Source: an uncultured Planctomycetales bacterium (GTDB lineage: Bacteria; Omnitrophota; Gorgyraeia; Zapsychrales; JAHFFX01). Taken from it: 36,494 bases of DNA. Shown here one piece after another: positions 25,344-33,716 of this stretch (its first letter is position 1; each line of letters begins with the position of its first letter). A model generated the notes under the pieces. The model was not told where the DNA came from. It did not search any database and saw only the letters and a list, made by a program, of their open reading frames with translations. Location of the stretch: contig CAZNDW010000003.1 in assembly GCA_964571895.1 (NCBI GenBank), forward strand, positions 1-36,494. The letters are read 5' to 3'. Made by a program: the position numbers and the translations under genes.

Positions 25344-26390
25344 ATGATCTTTGTTGATGAGGCCAGGATTTTTCTTAAAGCGGGTTCCGGCGGGAAAGGC
25401 TGTGAGAGCTTCTACTCCGATAAATTCAGCCGGCACCCCCGGCCCGATGGCGGGGACGGCGGAGGCGGTGGAGATGTCGTCTTTGTTGCGGACAAAGGGA
25501 TCCAGACCTTACTCGATTACCGTTTTAAACAGCATTATCAAGCCCCCAAAGGCGGCAACGCAAGCAGCAAAGGGAAAAAAGGGAAAGTCGGCGAGGATTT
25601 GGTTCTGAGGGTTCCGGTCGGCACCCTGATCAAAGACGAGAAGACGGGATTATCGATTAAGGATTTGGTTTCCGACCAACAGTCGGTGATCGTTGCCAAA
25701 GGCGGCCAGGGGGGCCATGGCAATGCCCACCGCAGGACCGCCCCCCCTGCTTTGCTTCGCAAAGCAAAACGGGGGGGCCAGCCCTGTCCCATGCTGGGAC
25801 AGGGCTGGCCCGGCGAAGAACGGTGCATTCGTCTTCAGTTAAAGCTGATCGCGGATGTGGGGCTCGTGGGCTTTCCCAATGCCGGGAAATCCACCTTAAT
25901 TTCCAGCATCTCTAAAGTCAAATCCAAGATTGCCAGCTATCCTTTTACCACCAAAAGCCCGATTTTAGGAATCGTTGCCGCCAACTCCGAGCAAAATGAG
26001 GGGTCGGGGAATTTTGTGGTGGCGGATTTGCCGGGCTTGATCGAGGGCGCCCACCGGGGACGAGGACTGGGGGACCGCTTTTTGAAACACGCCGAGCGCA
26101 CGAAGATTTTGGTGCACGTTGTGGACATGGCCGGAACCGAAGGACGGGATCCTGGGGAGGATTTTGAAAAGATCAATCTTGAGCTCAAAGAGTACAGTGA
26201 AGATCTCTTTTTTAAACACACTATCGTTGCGGCCAACAAAATGGATTTGCCGGGGGCCTCGGCCAACCTGCGTCGGTTTGAGAGTCGATATCAAGAGGAA
26301 AAGATCTTTCCGGTGTCGGCTTTGAAACGGAAGGGCTTGGACGAGCTCGTCGCATTTATCCGAAAGCTGTTGTCGACCCTCGTCCCTTAA
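25344..26390 (+). CDS. obg: GTPase Obg/CgtA
   Basis: 348 aa. It has a glycine-rich Obg fold (GGDGGGGGDV, GGQGGHGN). G motifs: GFPNAGKST, DLPGLIEGA, NKMD. A palindromic repeat is translated in the linker. Confidence 0.9.
   Translation: MIFVDEARIFLKAGSGGKGCESFYSDKFSRHPRPDGGDGGGGGDVVFVADKGIQTLLDYRFKQHYQAPKGGNASSKGKKGKVGEDLVLRVPVGTLIKDEKTGLSIKDLVSDQQSVIVAKGGQGGHGNAHRRTAPPALLRKAKRGGQPCPMLGQGWPGEERCIRLQLKLIADVGLVGFPNAGKSTLISSISKVKSKIASYPFTTKSPILGIVAANSEQNEGSGNFVVADLPGLIEGAHRGRGLGDRFLKHAERTKILVHVVDMAGTEGRDPGEDFEKINLELKEYSEDLFFKHTIVAANKMDLPGASANLRRFESRYQEEKIFPVSALKRKGLDELVAFIRKLLSTLVP
25740..25808. repeat. Two adjacent palindromes translated in frame inside obg
   Basis: GCCCCCCCTGCTTTGCTTCGCAAAGCAAAACGGGGGGGC (25740-25778) and a perfect 14-bp stem, CCAGCCCTGTCCCA-TGC-TGGGACAGGGCTGG (25778-25808). 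Together they encode APPALLRKAKRGGQPCPMLGQGW. Confidence 0.8.
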
Positions 26391-26399
26391 GGAGGATTG

Positions 26400-27488
26400 A
26401 TGTTGAGAAAATTTCCCCGCGAAATCAAACGGATCGTCGTGAAACTCGGCTCAAGCCTCATCGCCACCTATGCGATGAAGCCGCAAAGGGCGCGCTTGCG
26501 CTCGCTGGTCGAACAGATGAGCGAGCTTAAGAAGCAAGACAAAGACATTGTGCTCGTCAGCTCCGGCGCCATTGTCTTGGGGATGGGCCAGTTAAAGGAG
26601 AGGCTCCGGCCGCACGATGTGGTCGCCTTGCAGGCACGGGCGGCCATCGGTCAGGCGGTCTTGATGCGCACTTACAGCGATCTTTTCAAAAAAAACGGAG
26701 TGCGTTGCGCCCAGGTTCTTTTGACCTGGGATGATTTCGACAACCGCATTCGTTACAACAATGCGCGCTCGACACTTTTAGCCCTTTTGAAATTAGGCGT
26801 AGTCCCGGTCGTCAATGAAAACGACACGATTTCCACACAAGAAATCAAGTTTGGGGACAACGACCGGCTTTCGGCCTTGGTGGCGGGTTTGATCCACGCG
26901 GATTTGCTAGTCATCCTCTCGGATGTAGAGGGCCTCTATGATCTCAAGGATTCCGAAAAAAAGATTTTTGATGAGATCTCGGAGGTGACCGACGAGATCA
27001 GGGGATTGGCTCGGGGCACCAATAAAAGGCATATCGCCAAAGGGGGCATGACCACGAAGCTCGAGGCCGTCAGGATCGCCACCCAAGCCAACGTCCCCTG
27101 CGTCATTGCCCACGGAGAAACCCCGGACGTCTTAAAACGCATCCTTAAGGGAGAGCGAATCGGGACGTTTTTCGTCGAGAAAGAAGAGAGGCTGCTTTCT
27201 AAGAAGCACTGGATTTCGCTCGGCGCGAAACCCAAAGGGCAATTGATTGTGGATGAGGGCGCTCAAGCCGCGCTGCTGAAAGGGGGCAGGAGCCTTCTTC
27301 TGCCGGGGATCGTCGGCTGGGAAGGGCACTTTAAGGTGCATGATGTGGTCGTTGTGGCGGACAAAAATCGTCAAGAGATCGCCCGCGGCATTACGAATTA
27401 TTCGGTGGCGGATCTCGAGAAGATCGAGGACAAAAAAGGAAAGCCGGAGGCGATCCACTGTGATAATCTTGTTTTGTGTAAGAGATAA
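26400..27488 (+). CDS. proB: Glutamate 5-kinase with PUA domain
   Basis: Motifs: IVVKLGSSLI, VLVSSGAI, VPVVNENDT, and a C-terminal PUA-like region (GITNYSVADLEKI). The ATG at 26400 was preferred over TTG 26397. AAGGAGG lies at 26389-26395. Confidence 0.9.
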   Translation: MLRKFPREIKRIVVKLGSSLIATYAMKPQRARLRSLVEQMSELKKQDKDIVLVSSGAIVLGMGQLKERLRPHDVVALQARAAIGQAVLMRTYSDLFKKNGVRCAQVLLTWDDFDNRIRYNNARSTLLALLKLGVVPVVNENDTISTQEIKFGDNDRLSALVAGLIHADLLVILSDVEGLYDLKDSEKKIFDEISEVTDEIRGLARGTNKRHIAKGGMTTKLEAVRIATQANVPCVIAHGETPDVLKRILKGERIGTFFVEKEERLLSKKHWISLGAKPKGQLIVDEGAQAALLKGGRSLLLPGIVGWEGHFKVHDVVVVADKNRQEIARGITNYSVADLEKIEDKKGKPEAIHCDNLVLCKR

Positions 27489-27500
27489 ACAGGAGCAGGG

Positions 27501-28157
27501 ATGATGAAACCGACATTGACACTTGGCGCTCTAAAAACCGAGGCGCGAACTTTCGCTAAGCTCGAAACAGCGGACCGTGAACCGTCGTTGTACGGTGTTA
27601 CCGATGGAAAGGCGGTAGGCACATATTTCGAGCACAAGTTCCGCAACCATCTGCATGAAAAGTACGAGTTTGAGGAGGGTTCATCGGCCCAAGGCATCGA
27701 CTTTCTCCATCTCAACGTGGACATGAAGGTGACGAGTATCAGGCAGCCACAGTCCTCGTGCCCCTACAGGTCAGCTAGACAGAAGATTTACGGTCTCGGG
27801 TACTCCGTCCTCGTATTCGTCTACGAAAAGACGGATGACCCAGCGAGTTCAACGGGCAATCTTAACGTTCTTCACGTCATCTTTGTTGAGAAAGAGAGGA
27901 CAGCAGATTTCCAGACCACAACGGGCATTAGGAAGATTCTTGAAAATCAGGGCAATAAGGACGATCTCCTGGCGTTTATGCAGGATCGGATGCTTCCTGT
28001 GGAGGAGATTGAGGCATCAGCTATTGCCAACGAGCTTCTCGAAAAGCCTCCTGAGATCGGCTATCTGACAATCTCCAACGCGCTTCAATGGAGACTTCAG
28101 TATCGCCGCGTCATTGAGAACGCAGGGGCGGTTCCTGGAGTCCTCCGCTTGAAATAG
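27501..28157 (+). CDS. Candidate type II restriction endonuclease (PD-(D/E)XK-like), family not recognised
   Basis: 218 aa, ending 2 nt before the methyltransferase gene. A possible D...DxK catalytic motif is GIDFLHLNVDMK (D67, D74, K76; nt 27699-27728). The call rests mainly on context. Confidence 0.5.
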   Translation: MMKPTLTLGALKTEARTFAKLETADREPSLYGVTDGKAVGTYFEHKFRNHLHEKYEFEEGSSAQGIDFLHLNVDMKVTSIRQPQSSCPYRSARQKIYGLGYSVLVFVYEKTDDPASSTGNLNVLHVIFVEKERTADFQTTTGIRKILENQGNKDDLLAFMQDRMLPVEEIEASAIANELLEKPPEIGYLTISNALQWRLQYRRVIENAGAVPGVLRLK

Positions 28158-28159
28158 CT

Positions 28160-29701
28160 ATGGCACTTCACGATAAAACCCAAATCGAATTCGGCGATTT
28201 CCAAACGCCGCTCAATCTGGCCTGGGACGTATGCACCGTCGTCAGGCGGACTGGATTTCAGCCGCGATCTGTCCTTGAGCCTACCTGTGGTCGAGGAACC
28301 TTTCTTCAGGCCGCGGTTTCTGAGTTCCCCTGTGCATCTCGTGTTCTCGGCTTCGAACGGGACCCCCGCTATGTGGAACTCGCCCGCGCTGCAGTGGAAG
28401 CATGTCCCCACGAAGCGCAGGTTGAGGTGATCGCGGCAGATTTCTTCTCAACCAACTGGAAGCAGGTAATCGATAGCTTGCCGGATCCGATCCTAGTGAT
28501 CGGCAATCCGCCATGGGTTACCAATGCCACGCTGGGTGGTCTGGGTAGCCGCAATCTTCCTGTGAAATCGAATATTGACAACCTTCGAGGTATCGAAGCC
28601 ATTACTGGACGGTCTAATTTTGATATCTCTGAGTGGATGCTTCGTGAGAGCATCCAGTGGCTTGCTTCACGTACGGGCGTGCTCGCCGTCCTCTGCAAGA
28701 CAGCGGTCGCTAGGAAGGTGCTCGCTTTTGCCTGGTCACGAGATATTCCCATGGAGTCTACGTCTATTTTTCGGATTGACGCGAAGACGCACTTTGGCGC
28801 TTCTGTTGACGCCTGCCTGTTGTTGGTTAGGACGCGCCCCGGTGGCGATACCAGGAAATGCGAGGACTACGACTCGCTCTCTGCGTCGCAGGCGCGCCGC
28901 ACATTCGGTTTCCGTCAAGGTGAACTCGTTGCGGACGTGAAGCTCTTCGAGCGTTGGAAGTCGCTGTATAGAACGGGACTCAACGGCTGGAGGTCAGGAG
29001 TCAAACATGATTGTAGTAGGGTCTTCGAGCTCGAGCCTATGGCAGGAGGCTTCCAAAACGGTCTACGAGAACACATCGAGATCGAACTGGAGGTTGTCTT
29101 CCCCCTTATGAAGAGCTCGGACCTTGCGGCAGGCCGGGCATCCAGGAAGTGGCTGCTCATGCCGCAGCGTTCTATGACGGAATCCCCCAACCGCCTGCAG
29201 ACTGTAGCACCCAGGACCTGGGGGTACTTGGTGCAGCACCAGCAACTACTGGAGAGACGCGGTAGCTCGATCTATCGGAATCGGCCACAGTTCACGGTTT
29301 TCGGTGTTGGACCATATTCTTTTTCTCCATGGAAGGTGGCTATCTCAGGGCTGTACAAGAAGCTGGACTTCAGATGTGTTGGCCCCGTTGGAACGAAACC
29401 CGTGGTCTTCGACGATACCTGCTATTTTTTTCCTTGTGACTCCGAGGAACAGGCCAGCGTCCTGCATCGCCTGGTGACCTCAGATGTTGCCACAGAGTTT
29501 TGGACGGGGTTGGTTTTTTGGGATTGTAAGCGACCGATTACGGCTAGACTTCTCAATGCGCTCGACCTAGCAAAGCTAGCGCGGGCGATTGGTGCTTGGG
29601 ACGAGACGACGCGCCTCATCGCAGAGAGGCAGATCATCGACTATGCCGAGCAAGCGCACCAGTGGTTTCTTTTCCATGAGTCAGCGCCCCCCTATGGTTA
29701 A
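28160..29701 (+). CDS. N6-adenine DNA methyltransferase (gamma-class, TaqI/Eco57I-like)
   Basis: 513 aa. Motifs: GDFQTP, motif I LEPTCGRGTFL (28274-28306), motif IV NPPW (28505-28516). The long C-terminal region is a candidate target-recognition domain. Confidence 0.8.
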   Translation: MALHDKTQIEFGDFQTPLNLAWDVCTVVRRTGFQPRSVLEPTCGRGTFLQAAVSEFPCASRVLGFERDPRYVELARAAVEACPHEAQVEVIAADFFSTNWKQVIDSLPDPILVIGNPPWVTNATLGGLGSRNLPVKSNIDNLRGIEAITGRSNFDISEWMLRESIQWLASRTGVLAVLCKTAVARKVLAFAWSRDIPMESTSIFRIDAKTHFGASVDACLLLVRTRPGGDTRKCEDYDSLSASQARRTFGFRQGELVADVKLFERWKSLYRTGLNGWRSGVKHDCSRVFELEPMAGGFQNGLREHIEIELEVVFPLMKSSDLAAGRASRKWLLMPQRSMTESPNRLQTVAPRTWGYLVQHQQLLERRGSSIYRNRPQFTVFGVGPYSFSPWKVAISGLYKKLDFRCVGPVGTKPVVFDDTCYFFPCDSEEQASVLHRLVTSDVATEFWTGLVFWDCKRPITARLLNALDLAKLARAIGAWDETTRLIAERQIIDYAEQAHQWFLFHESAPPYG

Positions 29702-29925
29702 GCTCGTATTGTTAAAAGGTTTATGAAAAGTCATTAAGCGTGCGCCAGGAAGGTATTCGGTATTCGGTTGCGTAGCTGGAAAACGGTAGCCGTTAAAGGG
29801 GAATCGTCGAAAATGACGATTAACGAAAACCGAAAAACGTTTCGAGTTACGTCACCGTTCAACGATCAACGCATCATGAAAGCATTACTTTTGACAATAC
29901 ATACAATTAAAGCAGGAGAGAAAAT

Positions 29926-30138
29926 ATGGCCCAGGTAAAAGTATTCTACGATCATACGGGAAATACCTTGACGGTTTGGTTCGGCGATCCTCAACAGGAA
30001 TATGTCTGTGAGGAAACGGCGGAAGAAATCGTTCTTATGAAGGACAAGGCCGGGCACGTTTTGGGGTTTGAGAAGCTGAATTTTGAAGTGGCCAAATCGG
30101 ATCAGCTTCGTGTAGCCTTTGAAACGATCACCGAATAA
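29926..30138 (+). CDS. Small DUF2283-like protein
   Basis: 70 aa. MAQVKVFYDHTGNTLTVWFGD...EEIVLMKDKAGHVLGFEKLNF resembles the DUF2283 pattern as remembered. An AGGAGA ribosome-binding site lies upstream. Confidence 0.55.
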   Translation: MAQVKVFYDHTGNTLTVWFGDPQQEYVCEETAEEIVLMKDKAGHVLGFEKLNFEVAKSDQLRVAFETITE

Positions 30139-30235
30139 GGTTGAGTGGCTTCTAACAGCTGAGTTTCACGCCAACTCTTCCACGCGGCTCGTTAACTCTT
30201 CAGTAGCTTGTTGGATGGGAGTTTCAATAAGAACA

Positions 30236-31495
30236 ATGAATCTGGAAAAACAAATCCTTAATATCGCTCAAGCGGCCCATACGGATGCCTTAAAGGTGGC
30301 CTTGTGTTCGACCCGAGAGAAGAATGAGGCCTTGAAGCGAATGGCCCAAGCCCTTTTGTTGCATCAGATCTCCCTGATCGAGGAGAACAAAAAAGACTTG
30401 GCGGCCGCCCGTTGGGAAGGATATTCCAAAGCCCTGGTGGAGCGTTTGCGGCTCACTCCCAAAACCATCCAGGAGATGGCCGAATGCCTCCGGGACACCG
30501 CCCGGCTGAAAGATCCCGTTGGAGAGGTCATCCGTTCCTTTCAAAGGCCCAACGGCCTCGTCATCCGCAAGGTGCGCAGCCCCATTGGCGTCATTGGCAT
30601 TGTGTACGAATCCCGTCCCAATGTCACCAGCGACTGCATTGGGTTGTGCTTAAAATCCGGCAATGCCGTGATTCTCAAAGGAGGACGGGAGGCGCACCAT
30701 TCCAACCGGGCGATTTTTAGGATTTTGCAAGCCGAGCTTAAAAAAACCGCGATCCCCCCGGGGGCCGTTCATCTGATTTCCTCGAAAGACCGGAAGGCCT
30801 TTCAGATCCTTCTGAAGCTGGATCAATATATTGATATGATTATTCCCCGCGGGGGAGAGGAGTTGATCGGATATGTGACGGCGAATACCCGGATTCCGGT
30901 CGTTAAGCACGAGAAGGGCCTCTGCCACACCTACGTCAGCGACCGCGCCGATTTGGAGATGGCGCGCCGGATCTGCCTGAACGCCAAGGTAGAGAAGCCG
31001 GCGGTGTGCAATGCCATGGAGACGATGCTCGTCAATAAGAAGATCGCAGGGAAATTTTTGCCGGTGATCATCGAAGACATGAAAAAGGCGGGTGTGGAAA
31101 TTCGGGGTTGTCCTGTGACCAGACGGATTATAAGAGGCGGCATTCAGGCCGCCACCCCGAAAGACTGGGATACGGAATATCTGGATTTGATCCTCTCGGT
31201 CAAAGTCGTCCCAGACCTCGCAGAGGCGATCGATCATATCAACCGCCACGGGTCTCATCATTCGGATGCGATCGTGACCCAAGACAAAAAAGAGGCCGAG
31301 GTGTTTTTAAAATCCGTGGATTCGGCCTGCCTTTATGCGAATGCCTCCACCCGTTTTACCGACGGACACCAGTTCGGTTTCGGGGCGGAGGTCGGCATCT
31401 CAACCGACAAGCTCCATGCCCGCGGTCCTATGGCCTTGGAGGAACTGACGACGTATAAATACTTAGTTTATGGAAAAGGACAGATACGATCATGA
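30236..31495 (+). CDS. proA: Gamma-glutamyl phosphate reductase
   Basis: About 419 aa from ATG 30236, a typical ProA length. Motifs: PIGVIGIVYESRPNVT, ILKGGREA, CNAMETMLV, ASTRFTDG. The 30119 ORF start would add 39 unrelated residues. Confidence 0.9.
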   Translation: MNLEKQILNIAQAAHTDALKVALCSTREKNEALKRMAQALLLHQISLIEENKKDLAAARWEGYSKALVERLRLTPKTIQEMAECLRDTARLKDPVGEVIRSFQRPNGLVIRKVRSPIGVIGIVYESRPNVTSDCIGLCLKSGNAVILKGGREAHHSNRAIFRILQAELKKTAIPPGAVHLISSKDRKAFQILLKLDQYIDMIIPRGGEELIGYVTANTRIPVVKHEKGLCHTYVSDRADLEMARRICLNAKVEKPAVCNAMETMLVNKKIAGKFLPVIIEDMKKAGVEIRGCPVTRRIIRGGIQAATPKDWDTEYLDLILSVKVVPDLAEAIDHINRHGSHHSDAIVTQDKKEAEVFLKSVDSACLYANASTRFTDGHQFGFGAEVGISTDKLHARGPMALEELTTYKYLVYGKGQIRS

Positions 31496-32067
31496 AGCGC
31501 CTTGGCATTCTCGGAGGAACGTTTGATCCCATTCATCTGGGGCATCTGGCCATGGCCCAGATCGTTTTGGAGAAGATGAAGCTGGATAAGATTTTTTTCG
31601 TGCCGTGCCAGCTTCCTCCCCATAAGAGCGCCCGCGGGGTAACTCCGGCGTTTCATCGCTACGAGATGGTCCATCGGGCCATCCAGGGAAATCCCGGTTT
31701 TGCTGTTTCGCCTTTCGAGATCGAGAAACCAGGAAAGTCCTATACGATTGATACGGTACGGTATTTCAGCGGTTTTTTCCCGGGAGCCAGGCTGTTTTTT
31801 ATCGTGGGTTTCGACAGCTTTGTGACGCTCAAAGATTGGAGGAAGATCGAAGAGATTTTAAAAATCGTTGATTTCGTTGTCGTGAATCGGCCGGGAAGCT
31901 TCCACAATCGTCAGGCGATCAAACATCATACGATCGTCATGCCGGGCATGGATGTCTCGTCCTCTTATATCCGTCAGTGTCTCCGGCAGCAAAAAAGCAT
32001 CCGTTATTTTGTCCCGCAAGGTGTCCTGAGATATATTGAGAATCATAAGCTCTATCAAGCCCGGTGA
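31492..32067 (+). CDS. nadD: Nicotinate-nucleotide adenylyltransferase
   Basis: 191 aa. Motifs: GILGGTFDPIHLGHL and SSSYIR. ATGA overlap with proA. Confidence 0.9.
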   Translation: MKRLGILGGTFDPIHLGHLAMAQIVLEKMKLDKIFFVPCQLPPHKSARGVTPAFHRYEMVHRAIQGNPGFAVSPFEIEKPGKSYTIDTVRYFSGFFPGARLFFIVGFDSFVTLKDWRKIEEILKIVDFVVVNRPGSFHNRQAIKHHTIVMPGMDVSSSYIRQCLRQQKSIRYFVPQGVLRYIENHKLYQAR

Positions 32068-32107
32068 AATGCGAAAAGGAGGAAGAGGATTGGAGAAGAA
32101 AACAGGC

Positions 32108-33559
32108 ATGAAAAATCAGATCATGGAAAACCAGCCCAGCGAAATCCGATTCGGCACCGATGGATGGCGGGGGGTGATCTCCGAGGCCTTTACGTTTAAG
32201 AATGTTTCGGTTGTGGCGCAGGCGATCAGTGAATGGATTATTCGCAGTGCAAGACGAAGAGGTTCGGCGCTCAATCGAGTTGCGGTGGGTTATGATACGC
32301 GGTTCTTGTCAGCGGAGTATGCTCAACATCTCAGTTGTGTCTTGGCGGCGAATGGCCTCGAGGTCTATCTTTCGGATGCCAGCATCCCCACGCCGGCTTT
32401 GAGCTTCGGCGTCTTGAAAACCCAGAGCGCGGCCGGGGTCATGATTACGGCGAGCCACAACCCGGCGAGATTTAACGGGATCAAGATTAAAACCGCCCAA
32501 GGCGGCGGCGCCTCGAGAGAGATCACGGATGAAGTGGAGGGCTGTCTTTATCAGAGCGACGTGAAAAAGATGGACTTTGAAGGCGCTCTCCAAGAAAAAA
32601 GAATCGTTTTCCATGATTACCGGGAAGCCTATGTCCGGTTTCTTCGACGGTATATCGATTTTAAAAGGATTAAGGATTCGCGGCTCAAGGTCTTAACCGA
32701 TGTGATGCACGGAAGCGGCAACGGCCTGATGGCCCGGATTCTCCAAGGGACCAGGGTTCGTCTTTCTTTGATGCGCGATACAATCGATCCCACCTTCGAG
32801 GGCAGCAAGCCCGAACCCGTGGCGGAGCTTTTGACGGTCCTGATGGCCAGAATGAAAAAAGAGAAGTTCGATTTGGGGCTGGTTTTAGACGGAGACGCCG
32901 ATCGTGTTGCCGCGGTGACCGCCGACGGCGAGTTCATCCCCCCCCAGAAGATTTTGGGACTCTTGATTCTGCATCTTTTTCGCAACCGTGGCCAAAAAGG
33001 CGGCATCGTCAAGACCATCTGCGGGACGACGATGATCGATCATATCGCCGAGAGCTTGAACCTTAAACTGTATGAGACCCCCGTTGGATTTAAGTACATC
33101 TCGGATTTGATGACCTCCGAGGAGATCCTGATCGGAGGAGAAGAAGCCGGCGGCATCGGTTTTCCCGGATACATCCCCGAGCGGGACGGCACCCTGGCGG
33201 GTTTGCTTCTTTTGGAGATGATGGTCTATCATAAAAAGACTATCAAGAAAATCATCCGCCAGATGGAAAAAGAATTCGGGCGGTATTATTATGAGCGCCT
33301 GGATCTTAAGTTGGACCGCAAGGGTGCGGATCAGGGAGTTGATCTCGATAAGCTCAAAGCGATCCGAAGGATTTTGGAAAAGAAGGTGGTCGAAACAAAG
33401 GATTTTGACGGCTTGAAGCTCATCTGCGAAGACGAAAGCTGGCTGATGTTCCGGCCCTCCGGGACCGAACCCTTGGTGCGGATCTACGCCGAGGCCGCAT
33501 CCGCGACGAAAGCAAGACAGTTGATTCAATACGGGAAGTCGTTGATTATAAAATCCTAA
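32108..33559 (+). CDS. Phosphoglucomutase/phosphomannomutase family protein
   Basis: Motifs: FGTDGWRG, active-site TASHNPARFNGIK, Mg-binding DGDADR, and GGEEAGG. The start is ATG 32108 (alternative 32123). The 32036 ORF start overlaps nadD. Confidence 0.85.
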   Translation: MKNQIMENQPSEIRFGTDGWRGVISEAFTFKNVSVVAQAISEWIIRSARRRGSALNRVAVGYDTRFLSAEYAQHLSCVLAANGLEVYLSDASIPTPALSFGVLKTQSAAGVMITASHNPARFNGIKIKTAQGGGASREITDEVEGCLYQSDVKKMDFEGALQEKRIVFHDYREAYVRFLRRYIDFKRIKDSRLKVLTDVMHGSGNGLMARILQGTRVRLSLMRDTIDPTFEGSKPEPVAELLTVLMARMKKEKFDLGLVLDGDADRVAAVTADGEFIPPQKILGLLILHLFRNRGQKGGIVKTICGTTMIDHIAESLNLKLYETPVGFKYISDLMTSEEILIGGEEAGGIGFPGYIPERDGTLAGLLLLEMMVYHKKTIKKIIRQMEKEFGRYYYERLDLKLDRKGADQGVDLDKLKAIRRILEKKVVETKDFDGLKLICEDESWLMFRPSGTEPLVRIYAEAASATKARQLIQYGKSLIIKS

Positions 33560-33586
33560 GAAGACCGTGTGCGATTTTTCCCTGCT

Positions 33587-33686
33587 GTGTCATTGCGAGG
33601 CCGTTTTTGGGCCGAAGCAATCTTTTATTAATAGTAAAAAGATTGCTTCGCTCTCCCGACAAAGTCGGGATCGCTCGCAATGACAC
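33587..33686. repeat. Nested palindromic element of about 100 bp
   Basis: A perfect 13-bp outer stem, GTGTCATTGCGAG (33587-33599) / CTCGCAATGACAC (33674-33686). Inside are GAAGCAATCTTTT...AAAAGATTGCTTC and CCCGAC-AAA-GTCGGG. Confidence 0.8.
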
Positions 33687-33716
33687 GAAAGGTGCGCATG
33701 GCGTTATCTATTAAAA

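Noticed and set aside
27501-29701. Higher GC content as evidence that the R-M cassette is foreign
   Set aside because: Hand counts of single 60-nt lines gave 50-58% GC in the cassette and 40-62% in native genes. No difference can be claimed without a proper computation.
29753-29766. Tandem GTATTCG duplication
   Set aside because: There are only two 7-nt copies, which is compatible with chance or slippage. It is mentioned only as context for the island.
30119-30235. Upstream start extending proA by 39 codons
   Set aside because: The extension overlaps the DUF2283-like gene end and has no similarity to ProA N-termini. ATG 30236 gives the canonical length of about 419 aa.
30650-31282. 210-aa minus-strand ORF
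   Set aside because: It is antisense to proA, and no motifs were seen.
32885-33529. 214-aa minus-strand ORF
   Set aside because: It is antisense to the PGM/PMM-family gene, which carries TASHNP and DGDADR motifs.
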